A stretch of 17,083 bases of DNA from Polyangiaceae bacterium (lineage in GTDB: Bacteria; Myxococcota_A; Polyangia; Polyangiales; Polyangiaceae), in the NCBI GenBank assembly GCA_044222475.1, contig JBGANF010000154.1, forward strand, positions 1 to 17,083, in the 5' to 3' direction. The position numbers were made by a program, and so were the translations under genes. A model generated the notes under the pieces. That model was given only the letters and a program-made list of their open reading frames with translations. It was not told the DNA's origin and did not search any database. Below are positions 1 to 9,189 of this stretch, one piece after another. The first letter of the stretch is position 1, and the number at the start of each line of letters is the position of its first letter.

Positions 1-148
1 CAAGGACGGCGACGGCGTGGTCTGGAAGAAGACCCCGGTCGACGTCGACGACTACTCGCTGAACGGCCTGCGAGGCGTGGGCCGCGGCGACGGCACCGCG
101 TACTTCGTCGGCAAGCACTTCTGGCAAGCGACGATCACGGCGAAGTGA
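1..148 (+). CDS. 3' end of a CDS entering from the left edge; possibly a beta-propeller (BNR/WD40-like) protein
   Basis: Frame from base 2 reads KDGDGVVWKKTPVDVDDYSLNGLRGVGRGDGTAYFVGKHFWQATITAK, TGA at 146-148. GC3-rich codons. The 'W..T...L.G.....YFVG' pattern resembles propeller blades. Confidence 0.7.
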   Translation, partial: KDGDGVVWKKTPVDVDDYSLNGLRGVGRGDGTAYFVGKHFWQATITAK

Positions 149-151
149 CGA

Positions 152-1420
152 TCAGTTGCACAGGTCGGTGCAGCCGGTCTTGAAGCGCAGGCACGACAGG
201 CCGAGCGGCGTCGTCTTGAGCGGCCCCCACGCTTTGACGGCGTCGTTCCACCAGTAGGCGTCGCTCAGGAGACCGCAGTCACCCTTTCCCATCGCGACGA
301 CCATGCCGCGACCGTCGGGCCGAGGCGCGAACGCGAACGACTGCCGCCGCTCGGGAGCGTTCTTGTCGATCGTCGTGAAATCCGGCTCGAACACGCACTG
401 TGCGGTCGATGCCTTGTTCAGGGTGTCGCCACCCGGCGCGCGAGCCCACGCGCGCGAGTCGACGTTGAGCGTCCACACTTCGTTGTGATTGCCGACGGGT
501 CCGTCGTCGTGACCGGCGACGACGACGAGCTCTCGCGACGTCGCGTCGAACGTCATCCCGAAGTTGATGCGCCCGTACTTGGGGACGTTGGTCGTCTGAA
601 CCTGGCTCCACGTCTCGGACGCGATGTCGAAGGCCCACACGTCCTTCAGGAACGGACCGGTGAACGCCTTCGTGTCGCCGCCCGAGTACGTGTAGGCGAC
701 GTGCGCCGACTCGTCGATCGCGAGCGCGTGAAACAGACGGCTCGGCGGTCGTGCCGCGGTCGCGGCGGCGCGCCACGTGTCCGTCGCCAGGTCGAGGATG
801 TAGGTGTCGTTCATCGGCGAGAACGAGAGGCCGTCGGTCGACGAGTTGCCGCCGAAGACGACGACCTCGTCGAGCGATGCGTCGATCGCCATCGCCGTGT
901 TGGAGCGCGGCGGCGGGGGCGTGCCGCCGGCGTCGATCTTCGTCCAGGTCTTGCAGGAGAAGTCGAACGCCCAGAGATCGTTCAGCACGGTGTAGGGCCC
1001 GGTGTCGCCCTCGCGGGTGCGGCCTCCGAAGAGGAGCGCGCGGTGCCGCTTCGCGTCGGTCACCATCGCGTGGCGCGCGCGCGGACCGGGCCCGTCGATC
1101 GTCTGCTCTTCCCACGCTCCGCAGGCGGCGTCGAAGAGCCAGGTGTCACCGAGGTGGGTGTGCCCGGGGATGCCGCCGCACGGAGCGTTGCCGCTGTCAC
1201 CGCCGAACATGACCATCGTGCGGCCGGCGCCATCCAGCGAGGCGGCCGCGTCCCCGCGCGGCGTCGGGGTGCCGCCGCCCTTCGCGCCGCTGCCGCACGA
1301 CGGCGGGTTGCCGTTCGGGTCGAGGGCGGTCCGGTCGACCGGGCACGGATCGGGAGTGGGACCCGTGACGACGTTCGTCCCGCAGGCGACGAGAAGGACC
1401 AGACCGAGCGCGCGACGCAT
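152..1420 (-). CDS. Kelch-repeat beta-propeller lipoprotein (422 aa)
   Basis: Lipobox LVAC (Cys13). Repeated Kelch blades: MVMFGG..DTWLFD...W, ALLFGG..NDLWAFD...W, VVVFGG..NDTYILD...W, YSGG..DVWAFD...W, with P.PR..H.M turns. Confidence 0.9.
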   Translation of the reverse strand: MRRALGLVLLVACGTNVVTGPTPDPCPVDRTALDPNGNPPSCGSGAKGGGTPTPRGDAAASLDGAGRTMVMFGGDSGNAPCGGIPGHTHLGDTWLFDAACGAWEEQTIDGPGPRARHAMVTDAKRHRALLFGGRTREGDTGPYTVLNDLWAFDFSCKTWTKIDAGGTPPPPRSNTAMAIDASLDEVVVFGGNSSTDGLSFSPMNDTYILDLATDTWRAAATAARPPSRLFHALAIDESAHVAYTYSGGDTKAFTGPFLKDVWAFDIASETWSQVQTTNVPKYGRINFGMTFDATSRELVVVAGHDDGPVGNHNEVWTLNVDSRAWARAPGGDTLNKASTAQCVFEPDFTTIDKNAPERRQSFAFAPRPDGRGMVVAMGKGDCGLLSDAYWWNDAVKAWGPLKTTPLGLSCLRFKTGCTDLCN

Positions 1421-1455
1421 CGACTCACAGCGTATCGTGATAGACAGAAATCGCC

Positions 1456-2219
<764 letters not shown>

Positions 2220-2223
<4 letters not shown>

Positions 2224-3215
2224 CGGGAGGCAAGCTCGCGCGGGCGCTCGCGGTCGGCGCGATCCTCCTCGCGATCGCGATGGCGTGCGGGCTGCTCGTG
2301 GGGACGCAGCCGTTGTCCATTGGGCGCGCGCTGTCCGATCCGGAGTCGCAGGATCGATCGATCCTGCTGGGCTTGAGACTTCCGCGCGCGCTGCTCGGGG
2401 CGGTCGCTGGAGCGGGTCTCGCGATGTGCGGAGTGGCGTTCCAAGCGGTGCTGCGCAACCCGTTGGCCGAGCCGTACGTGCTCGGCGTGTCGGGCGGGGC
2501 GGCGTTCGGAGCGACGATCGGGATCGTGCTCGGGCTCGGAGGCGCGGCGATCATGGGTGCGTCGCTGCTGCCGCTGATGGCCTTGGTAGGCGGTCTCGGG
2601 GCGACGGTGCTGGTGTACACGCTCGCGAAGAGCTCGGGGCGGCCGGGTGGGTCGTCGATGTTGCTCGCCGGCGTCGTGGTGAACGCGATCGCGTCGGGGG
2701 CGATCACGTTCCTGAAGACGATCGTGTCGGATCGTGTCGGGCAGGAGCTGCTCTTCTGGTTGGTCGGGTTCCTCGAGGCGCCGCCGACGACGTCATTGAT
2801 TGCAGTATCCATCTACGTCGCGATCGGCGCGGTGGTGCTCCTGCGCGATGCGGGCAAGCTGAACCTGTTGGCGTTGGGGCACGAGTCGGCGCAGAACCTC
2901 GGCGTCGACGTTCGCGCGCTCGAGATGCGGATCTTCTTCGCGTGCTCGGTGATCGTCGGGGCGATCGTGAGCTACACGGGGCTGATTGGCTTCGTCGGTT
3001 TGATCGTGCCGCACGCGCTGCGGCGAGTCGTCGGTCCGGACGTGCGCATCGTGCTGCCGTTGTCGCTGTTCGTGGGAGCGGCGACGTTGGTGCTCTTCGA
3101 TGCGCTGAGCCATGGGGCGTTCCGCTTCATGCACCGGCAGATCCCGGTGGGAGCGGTGACGGCGTTGGTGGGAGGGCCGATGTTCTTGGTGCTGCTCAGG
3201 AAGGGACGAGAATGA
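2220..3215 (+). CDS. FecCD/BtuC-family ABC transporter permease (iron-chelate, heme or cobalamin)
   Basis: LRLPR, FQAVLRNPLAEPYVLGVSGGA, G..SAQNLGV loop, IGFVGLIVPH and IPVGAVTALVGGPMF motifs. Start placed at ATG 2220, overlapping the coaX stop (ATGA); 331 aa. Confidence 0.93.
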
Positions 3216-3697
3216 CTGCACGCGGTGTTCACTTCGCGATCGATTCTGCGCAAGCCAAGCGGCTGCTCGCTGCCGAGGATGACGAAGCGCTCCTCGAGAT
3301 CGTCGGCGAGATCGAAGAAGAATGGGACGGCGCGTTCGAGACGGACAAAGCGTGGGACGCACTCCATCGCTGCTTCTCGAACGGCACGCTCGATCTTGGT
3401 GAGGGCGAACCGCCGTTGAACCTCGTTTTCTTCGGCGGCAAGGTGCTCAATCAAGACGACGACTACTACGTCGTCTTGATCACCCCGACCGAGGTGTCCG
3501 AAGTCGCAGCTGCGCTACCCAAAGTCACCGAGGCGTGGCTCCGCAAGCGCTACTTCGATCTCACGTTTCCGGATTACCAGGGCGAGAAGTCCGAAGAGGA
3601 CTTCGCGTACACGTGGTCGAGCTTCCAGGGGATGCCGAAGTTCTTCGCCCGCGCAGCGAAGGACAAGCGCCACGTGGTCTTCACCGTGGACCAGTAG
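3212..3697 (+). CDS. YfbM/DUF1877-family protein (161 aa)
   Basis: C-terminal part of the 2285..3697 ORF. ATG 3212 overlaps the permease stop (ATGA). Motifs DKAWDALH, FGG, TPTEV..VAAAL and F..AA....VVF are typical of DUF1877. Confidence 0.85.
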   Translation: MTARGVHFAIDSAQAKRLLAAEDDEALLEIVGEIEEEWDGAFETDKAWDALHRCFSNGTLDLGEGEPPLNLVFFGGKVLNQDDDYYVVLITPTEVSEVAAALPKVTEAWLRKRYFDLTFPDYQGEKSEEDFAYTWSSFQGMPKFFARAAKDKRHVVFTVDQ

Positions 3698-4178
3698 CGA
3701 CCATCGTCGGGAGATACGCCGTGAGCGCGTCGTTGCTCGACTCGATCGGTCGATTGAAGCCGAGCTTGCGCGCGGCGTCTCGGTCGGCGATCGATGCGAA
3801 CCGGGCGACGAGCGTCCATCGCGTGCGCGTGCCGCCGAGATCGTCGAGCGTGACGGTCATGACCGAAGTCGGCGGGCCGTGAGCTCGCTTTCCGTGGTCG
3901 GCGTTCTGCCACACGAGGCGCGTCGGTTTCTCGACCTCGACGAACACGAAGTCGAGGCTGAGCTCGCCGCCGTCGGGAAATCGCATCACGTGTTTCCACG
4001 CGCCGCCGGGGCGGACGTCCATCTCGCAGACCGGATTGCTGAAGCCCGCGCCGCCCCACCACTGGCGAACGTGCTTCGGCTCGGTCATCGCTTGCCACAC
4101 GAGCGCGCGCGGTGCGTCGTAGACGCGGGTCATCACGATGGTCGGTTCTTCGGCGGGAATCTCGGTCTGGGTGCTCAT
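3681..4178 (-). CDS. SRPBCC/AHSA1 (START-like) ligand-binding domain protein (165 aa)
   Basis: IVMTRVYDAPRALVWQAMTEP, WWG, DVRPGGAW and EVEKPTRLVW motifs. ATG 4178 overlaps the ArsR stop (ATGA). Confidence 0.92.
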   Translation of the reverse strand: MSTQTEIPAEEPTIVMTRVYDAPRALVWQAMTEPKHVRQWWGGAGFSNPVCEMDVRPGGAWKHVMRFPDGGELSLDFVFVEVEKPTRLVWQNADHGKRAHGPPTSVMTVTLDDLGGTRTRWTLVARFASIADRDAARKLGFNRPIESSNDALTAYLPTMVATGPR

Positions 4179-4522
4179 TTCTTGGGTTTCCCTTTCTTCT
4201 GCGGCTTCTGGATTTGCGCGAGGTACGCCCCGAGGCTGTCGCTGTTGCGAGTCCAGAATCGCTCGTACCCCTCGACCCACTCGGCGACGGCGCGGAGCGG
4301 CTTCGCTTCGAGGTGGCACCGGCGCCACTGGGCCTCGCGGCTACGCGAGATGAGGCCGGCGCTCTCGAGCACCTTGAGGTGCTTCGACACGGCGGCGAGG
4401 CTCATGTCGTAGGGCTCGGCGATCTCGCTGACGGTCGAGTCGCCGCGGGCGAGGCGGGCCAAGATGCTGCGCCTCGTCGGGTCGGCGAGGGCGGACAAGG
4501 TGCTGCTGAGCGGGTCGTTCAT
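4175..4522 (-). CDS. ArsR/SmtB-family winged-HTH regulator of the SRPBCC-associated type (115 aa)
   Basis: ALADPTRRSILARL, EIAEPYDMSLAAVSKHLKVLESAGLI, REAQWR.C.L and YERFW motifs. ATG at 4522 preferred over TTG at 4531, which lies in the operator. Confidence 0.95.
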   Translation of the reverse strand: MNDPLSSTLSALADPTRRSILARLARGDSTVSEIAEPYDMSLAAVSKHLKVLESAGLISRSREAQWRRCHLEAKPLRAVAEWVEGYERFWTRNSDSLGAYLAQIQKPQKKGKPKK

Positions 4523-4584
4523 CGTATTCAACCAGTTTGTTGATTACCTATGGGTTGAATACGGCCGAGGGGGAACTGTGTCAA
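4523..4584 (-). promoter_or_regulatory. Sigma70-type promoter and autoregulatory operator of the ArsR-SRPBCC operon
   Basis: Perfect 11-bp inverted repeat CGTATTCAACC (4523-4533) / GGTTGAATACG (4553-4563) in an AT-rich patch. On the minus strand: TTGACA (4584-4579), 17 nt, TATTCA (4561-4556). The -10 lies inside a repeat arm. Confidence 0.8.
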
Positions 4585-4600
4585 GGCGTAGCGATGTCGA

Positions 4601-5782
4601 TCAGGGCGCCGACTTCACCGAGCGGACGGAGCTCGAGTACGAAAGCATCTCGGGGAGGGTTCCGTCGGCCCATTCGTCAGTGGAGCTGCGCGTGCTCGTC
4701 CCGGTGAGGGAGAGAGTGCACGTCGAACCGCGAGGGCGGAGCGCGAGCAGGTCGTTCTGCGTCTTGACGTCGGGCAACGTAGCCGAAGTGCGCGCCGTGA
4801 CGACGACGGCACGGTAGTCCCCGCAGTCGAGGCGGACCGCGTAGCTTCCGCTGCCGCCTTGCCAACCGACGATGGTGCTTTCGTCCACCGAACCATCTTT
4901 CGCCGGCGAGGTGATCGCCGCGATCGGAGGGGGCACAAGACTCCCAAAGTCCTCTCCGATGATAGCTAGCTTCGACTTCACGAGGAGTCCGACGTCCTGT
5001 TGGGCCTGCGAGGTGATGAACGTGAACCGAGCGGTAGCGTCCGGGACGTCCGGAACGGTCACCGGGGGCGGGCTCTGGCTGCTCACCCTGCACGCCAGGC
5101 CGTCGACGCCCACGAGGTCGGCCTCGAACAGGCCCATCTTGTCGGTAGCCCACCGGAACACGCCCCCGGTGGTCGGCGTAGCCGTCAGGGTCCCGAGCGG
5201 CTGGCCCCCGGCGACAGCTGAGACCGTCGTGTCCACGATGTTGAACCCCGAGACAGGCATCGTGGTGGGGAAGACGAGGATTCGCGTCTTGGGCGTCGAG
5301 TCGTACCAATCGTTCTGCAACTTGAACTGCGGCTCCGGTGCGCTGCCTTGCAGCGAAAAACCGGTCGTGAAGGCGCATGCTGTCAGTGGACCGTTGATAC
5401 CCGAGACGGTACCGGAGAACGTGGTCGTCCGAACGGGCACATCGAGACGGACGACGTGCAACGTCGGCGTACGGGTGGACAGCTCGCGATATCCGACGAG
5501 CGACGTCTTCCCGTTCGATCCCGCCGCGGTGAAGGCGTCGTACTTGGCTCGTGCGTTCGGAGCGAAAAACTTGCCTCCGTTCGACGTCGTGAGGAGCTGC
5601 TCATCGATTCGCACTGGAATGCCATCGATCGGGACGTTGAACTGATCGACGACGACCCCTTGGATGTCGTTCGGGCCCGGGCCATCGGCACCACCGTCCT
5701 GCGGGGGACCGATTGGCGCGTCGCCGGTGCACGCGAAGAGGCCAATGGGCAACAGGACCAGAAGCGAAGCGCGTCGAATCAT
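4601..5782 (-). CDS. Hypothetical lipoprotein with an N-terminal carboxypeptidase-regulatory-like beta-sandwich (393 aa)
   Basis: Lipobox LFAC (Cys18), DGGADG linker, IQGVVVDQFNVPIDGIPVRID...TTSNGGKF pattern; beta-rich remainder. Confidence 0.8.
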   Translation of the reverse strand: MIRRASLLVLLPIGLFACTGDAPIGPPQDGGADGPGPNDIQGVVVDQFNVPIDGIPVRIDEQLLTTSNGGKFFAPNARAKYDAFTAAGSNGKTSLVGYRELSTRTPTLHVVRLDVPVRTTTFSGTVSGINGPLTACAFTTGFSLQGSAPEPQFKLQNDWYDSTPKTRILVFPTTMPVSGFNIVDTTVSAVAGGQPLGTLTATPTTGGVFRWATDKMGLFEADLVGVDGLACRVSSQSPPPVTVPDVPDATARFTFITSQAQQDVGLLVKSKLAIIGEDFGSLVPPPIAAITSPAKDGSVDESTIVGWQGGSGSYAVRLDCGDYRAVVVTARTSATLPDVKTQNDLLALRPRGSTCTLSLTGTSTRSSTDEWADGTLPEMLSYSSSVRSVKSAP

Positions 5783-5802
5783 GGAAGAGAGCTAGCACAC
5801 GA

Positions 5803-6342
5803 TCACGAGTGGGGGCCGCACTTCGTGGGGCAGTCCCGGGTGCATCGCAGCACGCGGAGCGTGGTCCCTTTGGGGACGCGAAAAACGACGGCGCGCGGGA
5901 TGACCTTCTCGACGAGCTGACCGCCACAGCTCGTGTCGTGGATGATGCCGCAGTGCGGTCCGACGACGGCGACGAGCGACCGATCGCCGGGGCCGTCGAA
6001 GAACGGCGCGACGTCGGGAGTGACGGAGTTGCGCAGCGTGCCTTGGAAGTCGTCCTCGTCGTCGACGTTCACGAGGGCGACGTCGAACTGTTTGAAGTCG
6101 GTCTCGGCGATGAACTGCATGCGCGCGAGGGGTGAGTCGTTGGCGATCGTGAGCGACGCGGCCCGAGCGAACAGGGTGCCGAGCTCCTCCTCGGAGTGCG
6201 CAATGGAAGCCTGGCGAGGCTCGCCGATGCGGCCGATGGAGATGTTCGTGACGCTGGACACGTTGGAAGCGGGGCAAGTGCGCCCGCAAGCCAGCGACCC
6301 ACCGAGGACAGCGGCAGCCAGCGCGACGCGAAGGAGCGACAT
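5803..6342 (-). CDS. Hypothetical Cys-containing lipoprotein (179 aa)
   Basis: Signal peptide with lipobox SLAC (Cys19). Several Cys (CGRTC, HC...SC, CTRDCPTKC). Fits between neighbouring genes without overlap. Confidence 0.72.
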   Translation of the reverse strand: MSLLRVALAAAVLGGSLACGRTCPASNVSSVTNISIGRIGEPRQASIAHSEEELGTLFARAASLTIANDSPLARMQFIAETDFKQFDVALVNVDDEDDFQGTLRNSVTPDVAPFFDGPGDRSLVAVVGPHCGIIHDTSCGGQLVEKVIPRAVVFRVPKGTTLRVLRCTRDCPTKCGPHS

Positions 6343-6354
6343 GCGCGAGATCTA

Positions 6355-6729
6355 TCAGATGGCTACGACCCGAGTCGTCGGGAAGAACCGCTGGAGCCGC
6401 ATGAGGTCGTCGACGTCGCTCGTGTAGACGACGTCCCCACGTCGCGAGGCCGACGCCATCACGATCGCGTCCACGACAGTGGCGCCGCGCACTGCGGCGA
6501 TCGCATCGCCGGCGAGTCGCGCGAGCTCCACGTCGAGCGGTTCGACGTCGAACATCTCCAGCATCGTCTCTCGCACGTCGGTGCGTCCACGCCACCACTC
6601 TGCGATGACGGCGGCGGGCGCCGTCATGCGGCGCTCGTAGAGTGTCGCATGGCGAACCAGCGAGACGACACGAGCGTGCCGCCGTTCGAGCCCAATGAGC
6701 GCGCCGGTGTCGAGGGTGATCGCGGCCAT
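6355..6729 (-). CDS. PIN-domain (VapC-like) ribonuclease toxin (124 aa)
   Basis: PIN acidic residues in ITLDTGALI, VIAEWWRG, VVDAIV and YTSDVDD. Start overlaps the upstream stop (TGATG). Confidence 0.9.
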   Translation of the reverse strand: MAAITLDTGALIGLERRHARVVSLVRHATLYERRMTAPAAVIAEWWRGRTDVRETMLEMFDVEPLDVELARLAGDAIAAVRGATVVDAIVMASASRRGDVVYTSDVDDLMRLQRFFPTTRVVAI

Positions 6730-6989
6730 CAGCGTTTTCGTCTCGGCTTGCCAGAGCCTGCCTTCACGTCGTCCCCGAGCTCCGCGCGAATCTCAGCGTC
6801 ACGCTCGGGGGTGAGCTCCCCGACGGGACCAGCCCACTCCAGAAATCGGTTGCGCGCGTCTTGCTGCCGCGCGACACGGACGGCGTCGATGAACACCGCG
6901 GACAGGCTCGATCCCTCGGCCTTTGCCCGACGCCGAGCCCACTCGAGGAGTTTCGCGTCCGGAACCGAGATGCTGATCTTGGCGGTCAT
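6729..6989 (-). CDS. Putative ribbon-helix-helix antitoxin (86 aa)
   Basis: MTAKISISVPD beta-ribbon followed by two helices (LLEWARRRAKAEG-SSLSAVFIDAV) and a charged C-terminus. Translationally coupled to the PIN gene. Start ATG at 6989. Confidence 0.82.
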   Translation of the reverse strand: MTAKISISVPDAKLLEWARRRAKAEGSSLSAVFIDAVRVARQQDARNRFLEWAGPVGELTPERDAEIRAELGDDVKAGSGKPRRKR

Positions 6990-7010
6990 GTTCCTACCCG
7001 GAGTATGAAC
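6990..7010 (-). promoter_or_regulatory. Putative TA autoregulatory operator overlapping a -10 element
   Basis: Imperfect inverted repeat GTTCCTAC-N5-GTATGAAC (7/8 match) abutting the antitoxin ATG; contains minus-strand CATACT. Confidence 0.55.
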
Positions 7011-7242
7011 TTCTTCGGGACGGGAGTCACGCCGTTGGCCTGACGGGGCGGTGGTGAGCTCTGCCATGAACACGACAGGGTGCACGTCGGATGCCAGGGC
7101 CGTTCCGCTCGATTTCGAGCGGTTTCGGGGAGGTCGGTAGTGGCGCGCGCCACTTGGTGCCGGCGACGCGCCACCATCACGATTTCACGCAACCTCCGGC
7201 TGACCCGCGCCGAAGGGCCTCCAACTCAGCGGGAGGTCGTTC

Positions 7243-8865
7243 ATGTCCATCGGAAGAACCCGCGCCGTCATGGCGCTCGGCGCCTCGTTTCTTGCAGCGT
7301 GTGCGGCGCGGTCGATCGAAGAAACCGGCAGCACCGCGGCGGCGGTGAAGGTCGCGGACAACGTCCCGATCACGACGACCACCGGCTTCGACACGACGAG
7401 CGTCGGCGTCGTCATCGGTCCGCCCGACATCGGATGCCCGGGCGGTTGCCCGAACACGTATCGCCCGGTCATCGGTTTCCAGGACGACCTTCCGGCGCAT
7501 CAGAAAGATGCATTCCTCCAGCTCGACAAGTGGTCGTACCTGGGCGACCTCCATTCGTCCGCCGAGTGGGGCGTGCCGGTGGAGCTCCCGAGCCGCGCCG
7601 CGCCGTTCACCGGCTACGCCGGGCTCGCGAACATCGTCGTACCGGATGACGGCGCCGCGTGGGACTACGTCGGCGTCGGCGTGACCGGTCCGGATCACTT
7701 TCGCAGCGAGGTCACGGTCGCGCATCGCGGTCTCGGCAGCACCTGGTCGACGCATCTCCTCACGAAGCAGCTGAACCCGGCGTACTACCCGTTCCTCACG
7801 ACGAGCGGATCGCCGAACGGCAACTGGATCACGAACGTCGCCGCCGCGTGGGAGCAGGGTTCCTACCCGGGGAAGGTGTGGGTCACCTGGACGGCGACGA
7901 TCGAGTGCAACGACACGACGTGCGTCCGCGGCGTGACGTTCCTCACGTGGTATCGTTTCAACGCGTCGTCGTTCGAGCAGGGCCCGACCTGGAAGCTCGA
8001 CTTGCCGCGCGGTGAAGGGCCCATCGCCGAGTACGGGCAGGCCGCGATGACGGTGATCGGCGACTCCGTCGCGATCGCGTGGCCCGATGCTGCACCGGAT
8101 CGCAAGTATGCCTGCGCCAGCACGCACCCGGTCCACTGGCACTTGTCCGAGATCAAACCGCGCGTCGACGCGGGTGATCACGCGATTGCGCCGGACGTCT
8201 CCGACACGGTGTTCCTCACCGACGACGCGGCGCTCGAGTGCTTGCCTGGCGTGGACGCGGACCCCGGTCGCGCGAGCACGTCGTTCCGTCCGACGATCTT
8301 CTGGTCGGCCGACGAAGGCGCCATCTGGGTCGGCGCGCCGAAGCACATCGTGAAGAACAACGTCGATTACGGGACGCGCCTGATGATGAAGTCGACGAAG
8401 CTCGGCAGCGGCGCGTTTCCGATCGCCGGCACGATGGCGACCTGCAGCACGGGTGCACGCGTGACCGAGGTGGACTTCCCGCTCGACGATGCGCCGTGCC
8501 ACCAGTTTGGCGCGACGTCGGCGATCTCGAAGATCCCGGGGCGGACATATCGACTCGCGATGCTCTCGTGGAAGCAGGCGGGGGTCGGAACGAAGGGGCT
8601 GACGACCGTCCTTGGTGCGACCTTCACGCCGATCTTCCCGATGGACTTCGAGGTGTTCGACCTCGCGCGACCGAGCAGCCCGACGACGCACGTGCCGTGG
8701 AGGCAGACGAACCCGCCGGACATCTGGACGACGCCGTGGGGTCGTTACGACGGCATCGGCGTGAACTGGAACGAGGGCAAGTTCGTCGCGGCTTGGGCGG
8801 ACAACCGAAACGACACGGTGAGCGGACTCAGAACGGACATTTGGAGTGCGGAGGTGGTGCCATGA
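7243..8865 (+). CDS. Large secreted lipoprotein, possibly a BNR/sialidase-like beta-propeller (540 aa)
   Basis: SD GGGAGG at 7231-7236; lipobox LAAC (Cys20); Trp/Thr-rich with paired Cys. C-terminal WGRYDGI...AAWADNR...DIWSAEV resembles the last blade of sialidase-like propellers. Confidence 0.75.
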   Translation: MSIGRTRAVMALGASFLAACAARSIEETGSTAAAVKVADNVPITTTTGFDTTSVGVVIGPPDIGCPGGCPNTYRPVIGFQDDLPAHQKDAFLQLDKWSYLGDLHSSAEWGVPVELPSRAAPFTGYAGLANIVVPDDGAAWDYVGVGVTGPDHFRSEVTVAHRGLGSTWSTHLLTKQLNPAYYPFLTTSGSPNGNWITNVAAAWEQGSYPGKVWVTWTATIECNDTTCVRGVTFLTWYRFNASSFEQGPTWKLDLPRGEGPIAEYGQAAMTVIGDSVAIAWPDAAPDRKYACASTHPVHWHLSEIKPRVDAGDHAIAPDVSDTVFLTDDAALECLPGVDADPGRASTSFRPTIFWSADEGAIWVGAPKHIVKNNVDYGTRLMMKSTKLGSGAFPIAGTMATCSTGARVTEVDFPLDDAPCHQFGATSAISKIPGRTYRLAMLSWKQAGVGTKGLTTVLGATFTPIFPMDFEVFDLARPSSPTTHVPWRQTNPPDIWTTPWGRYDGIGVNWNEGKFVAAWADNRNDTVSGLRTDIWSAEVVP

Positions 8866-9149
8866 ATCGTCGAATCGTAATGGGCGTGTCGTTCTTGATC
8901 CTTGGTGGAGCGCTCGTCGCGTGCGGAGCGGATGACCCGACGCCGCAGGACGCAGCGAAGGACGCGGCGACCGATGCGCGAGATGCGAAGGTACCCACGA
9001 GGTACTGCTACGAGTTCGGAGGGCCGAGTGATCTGGAGCCGGACGCGGCCGATGCGGGGATCAACCCGAACGTCTGCGACGCGGGAGGGGAGTGCGTGCC
9101 GGTGACGGGATCGAGCAACTACTTCTGCTTCTACCCGCCGCCGAAGTGA
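8862..9149 (+). CDS. Small Cys-rich lipoprotein (95 aa)
   Basis: C-terminal part of the 8238..9149 ORF. ATG 8862 overlaps the upstream stop (ATGA), with GGAGG upstream. Lipobox LVAC (Cys21), DAA-rich linker, four further Cys. Confidence 0.8.
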   Translation: MNRRIVMGVSFLILGGALVACGADDPTPQDAAKDAATDARDAKVPTRYCYEFGGPSDLEPDAADAGINPNVCDAGGECVPVTGSSNYFCFYPPPK

Positions 9150-9189
9150 GCGCTGACGGTTCCGTGCGACCTTCGGGTACGCTCGCCTC

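Noticed and set aside
2285..3211. N-terminal extension making a 470-aa fusion with the DUF1877 domain
   Set aside because: Off-frame overlap with the permease with low-complexity Arg/Gly translation; ATG 3212 with ATGA coupling is a better start.
7139..7162. Sigma54 promoter at TGGCGCG or GGCAC
   Set aside because: No GC dinucleotide at the required -24/-12 spacing on either strand.
7185..7240. c-di-GMP-I (GEMM) riboswitch, suggested by ACGCAA-CCTCCGG...CAGCGGG
   Set aside because: The upstream P2 stem with its GNRA tetraloop and GGCAAA-type motif is absent; resemblance is partial only.
7177..8691. 504-aa minus-strand ORF and other long overlapping ORFs (485..1663, 11260..12465, 12965..14005, 12074..12952)
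   Set aside because: Arg/Pro-rich shadow frames of well-supported genes, expected in high-GC DNA; no recognisable motifs.
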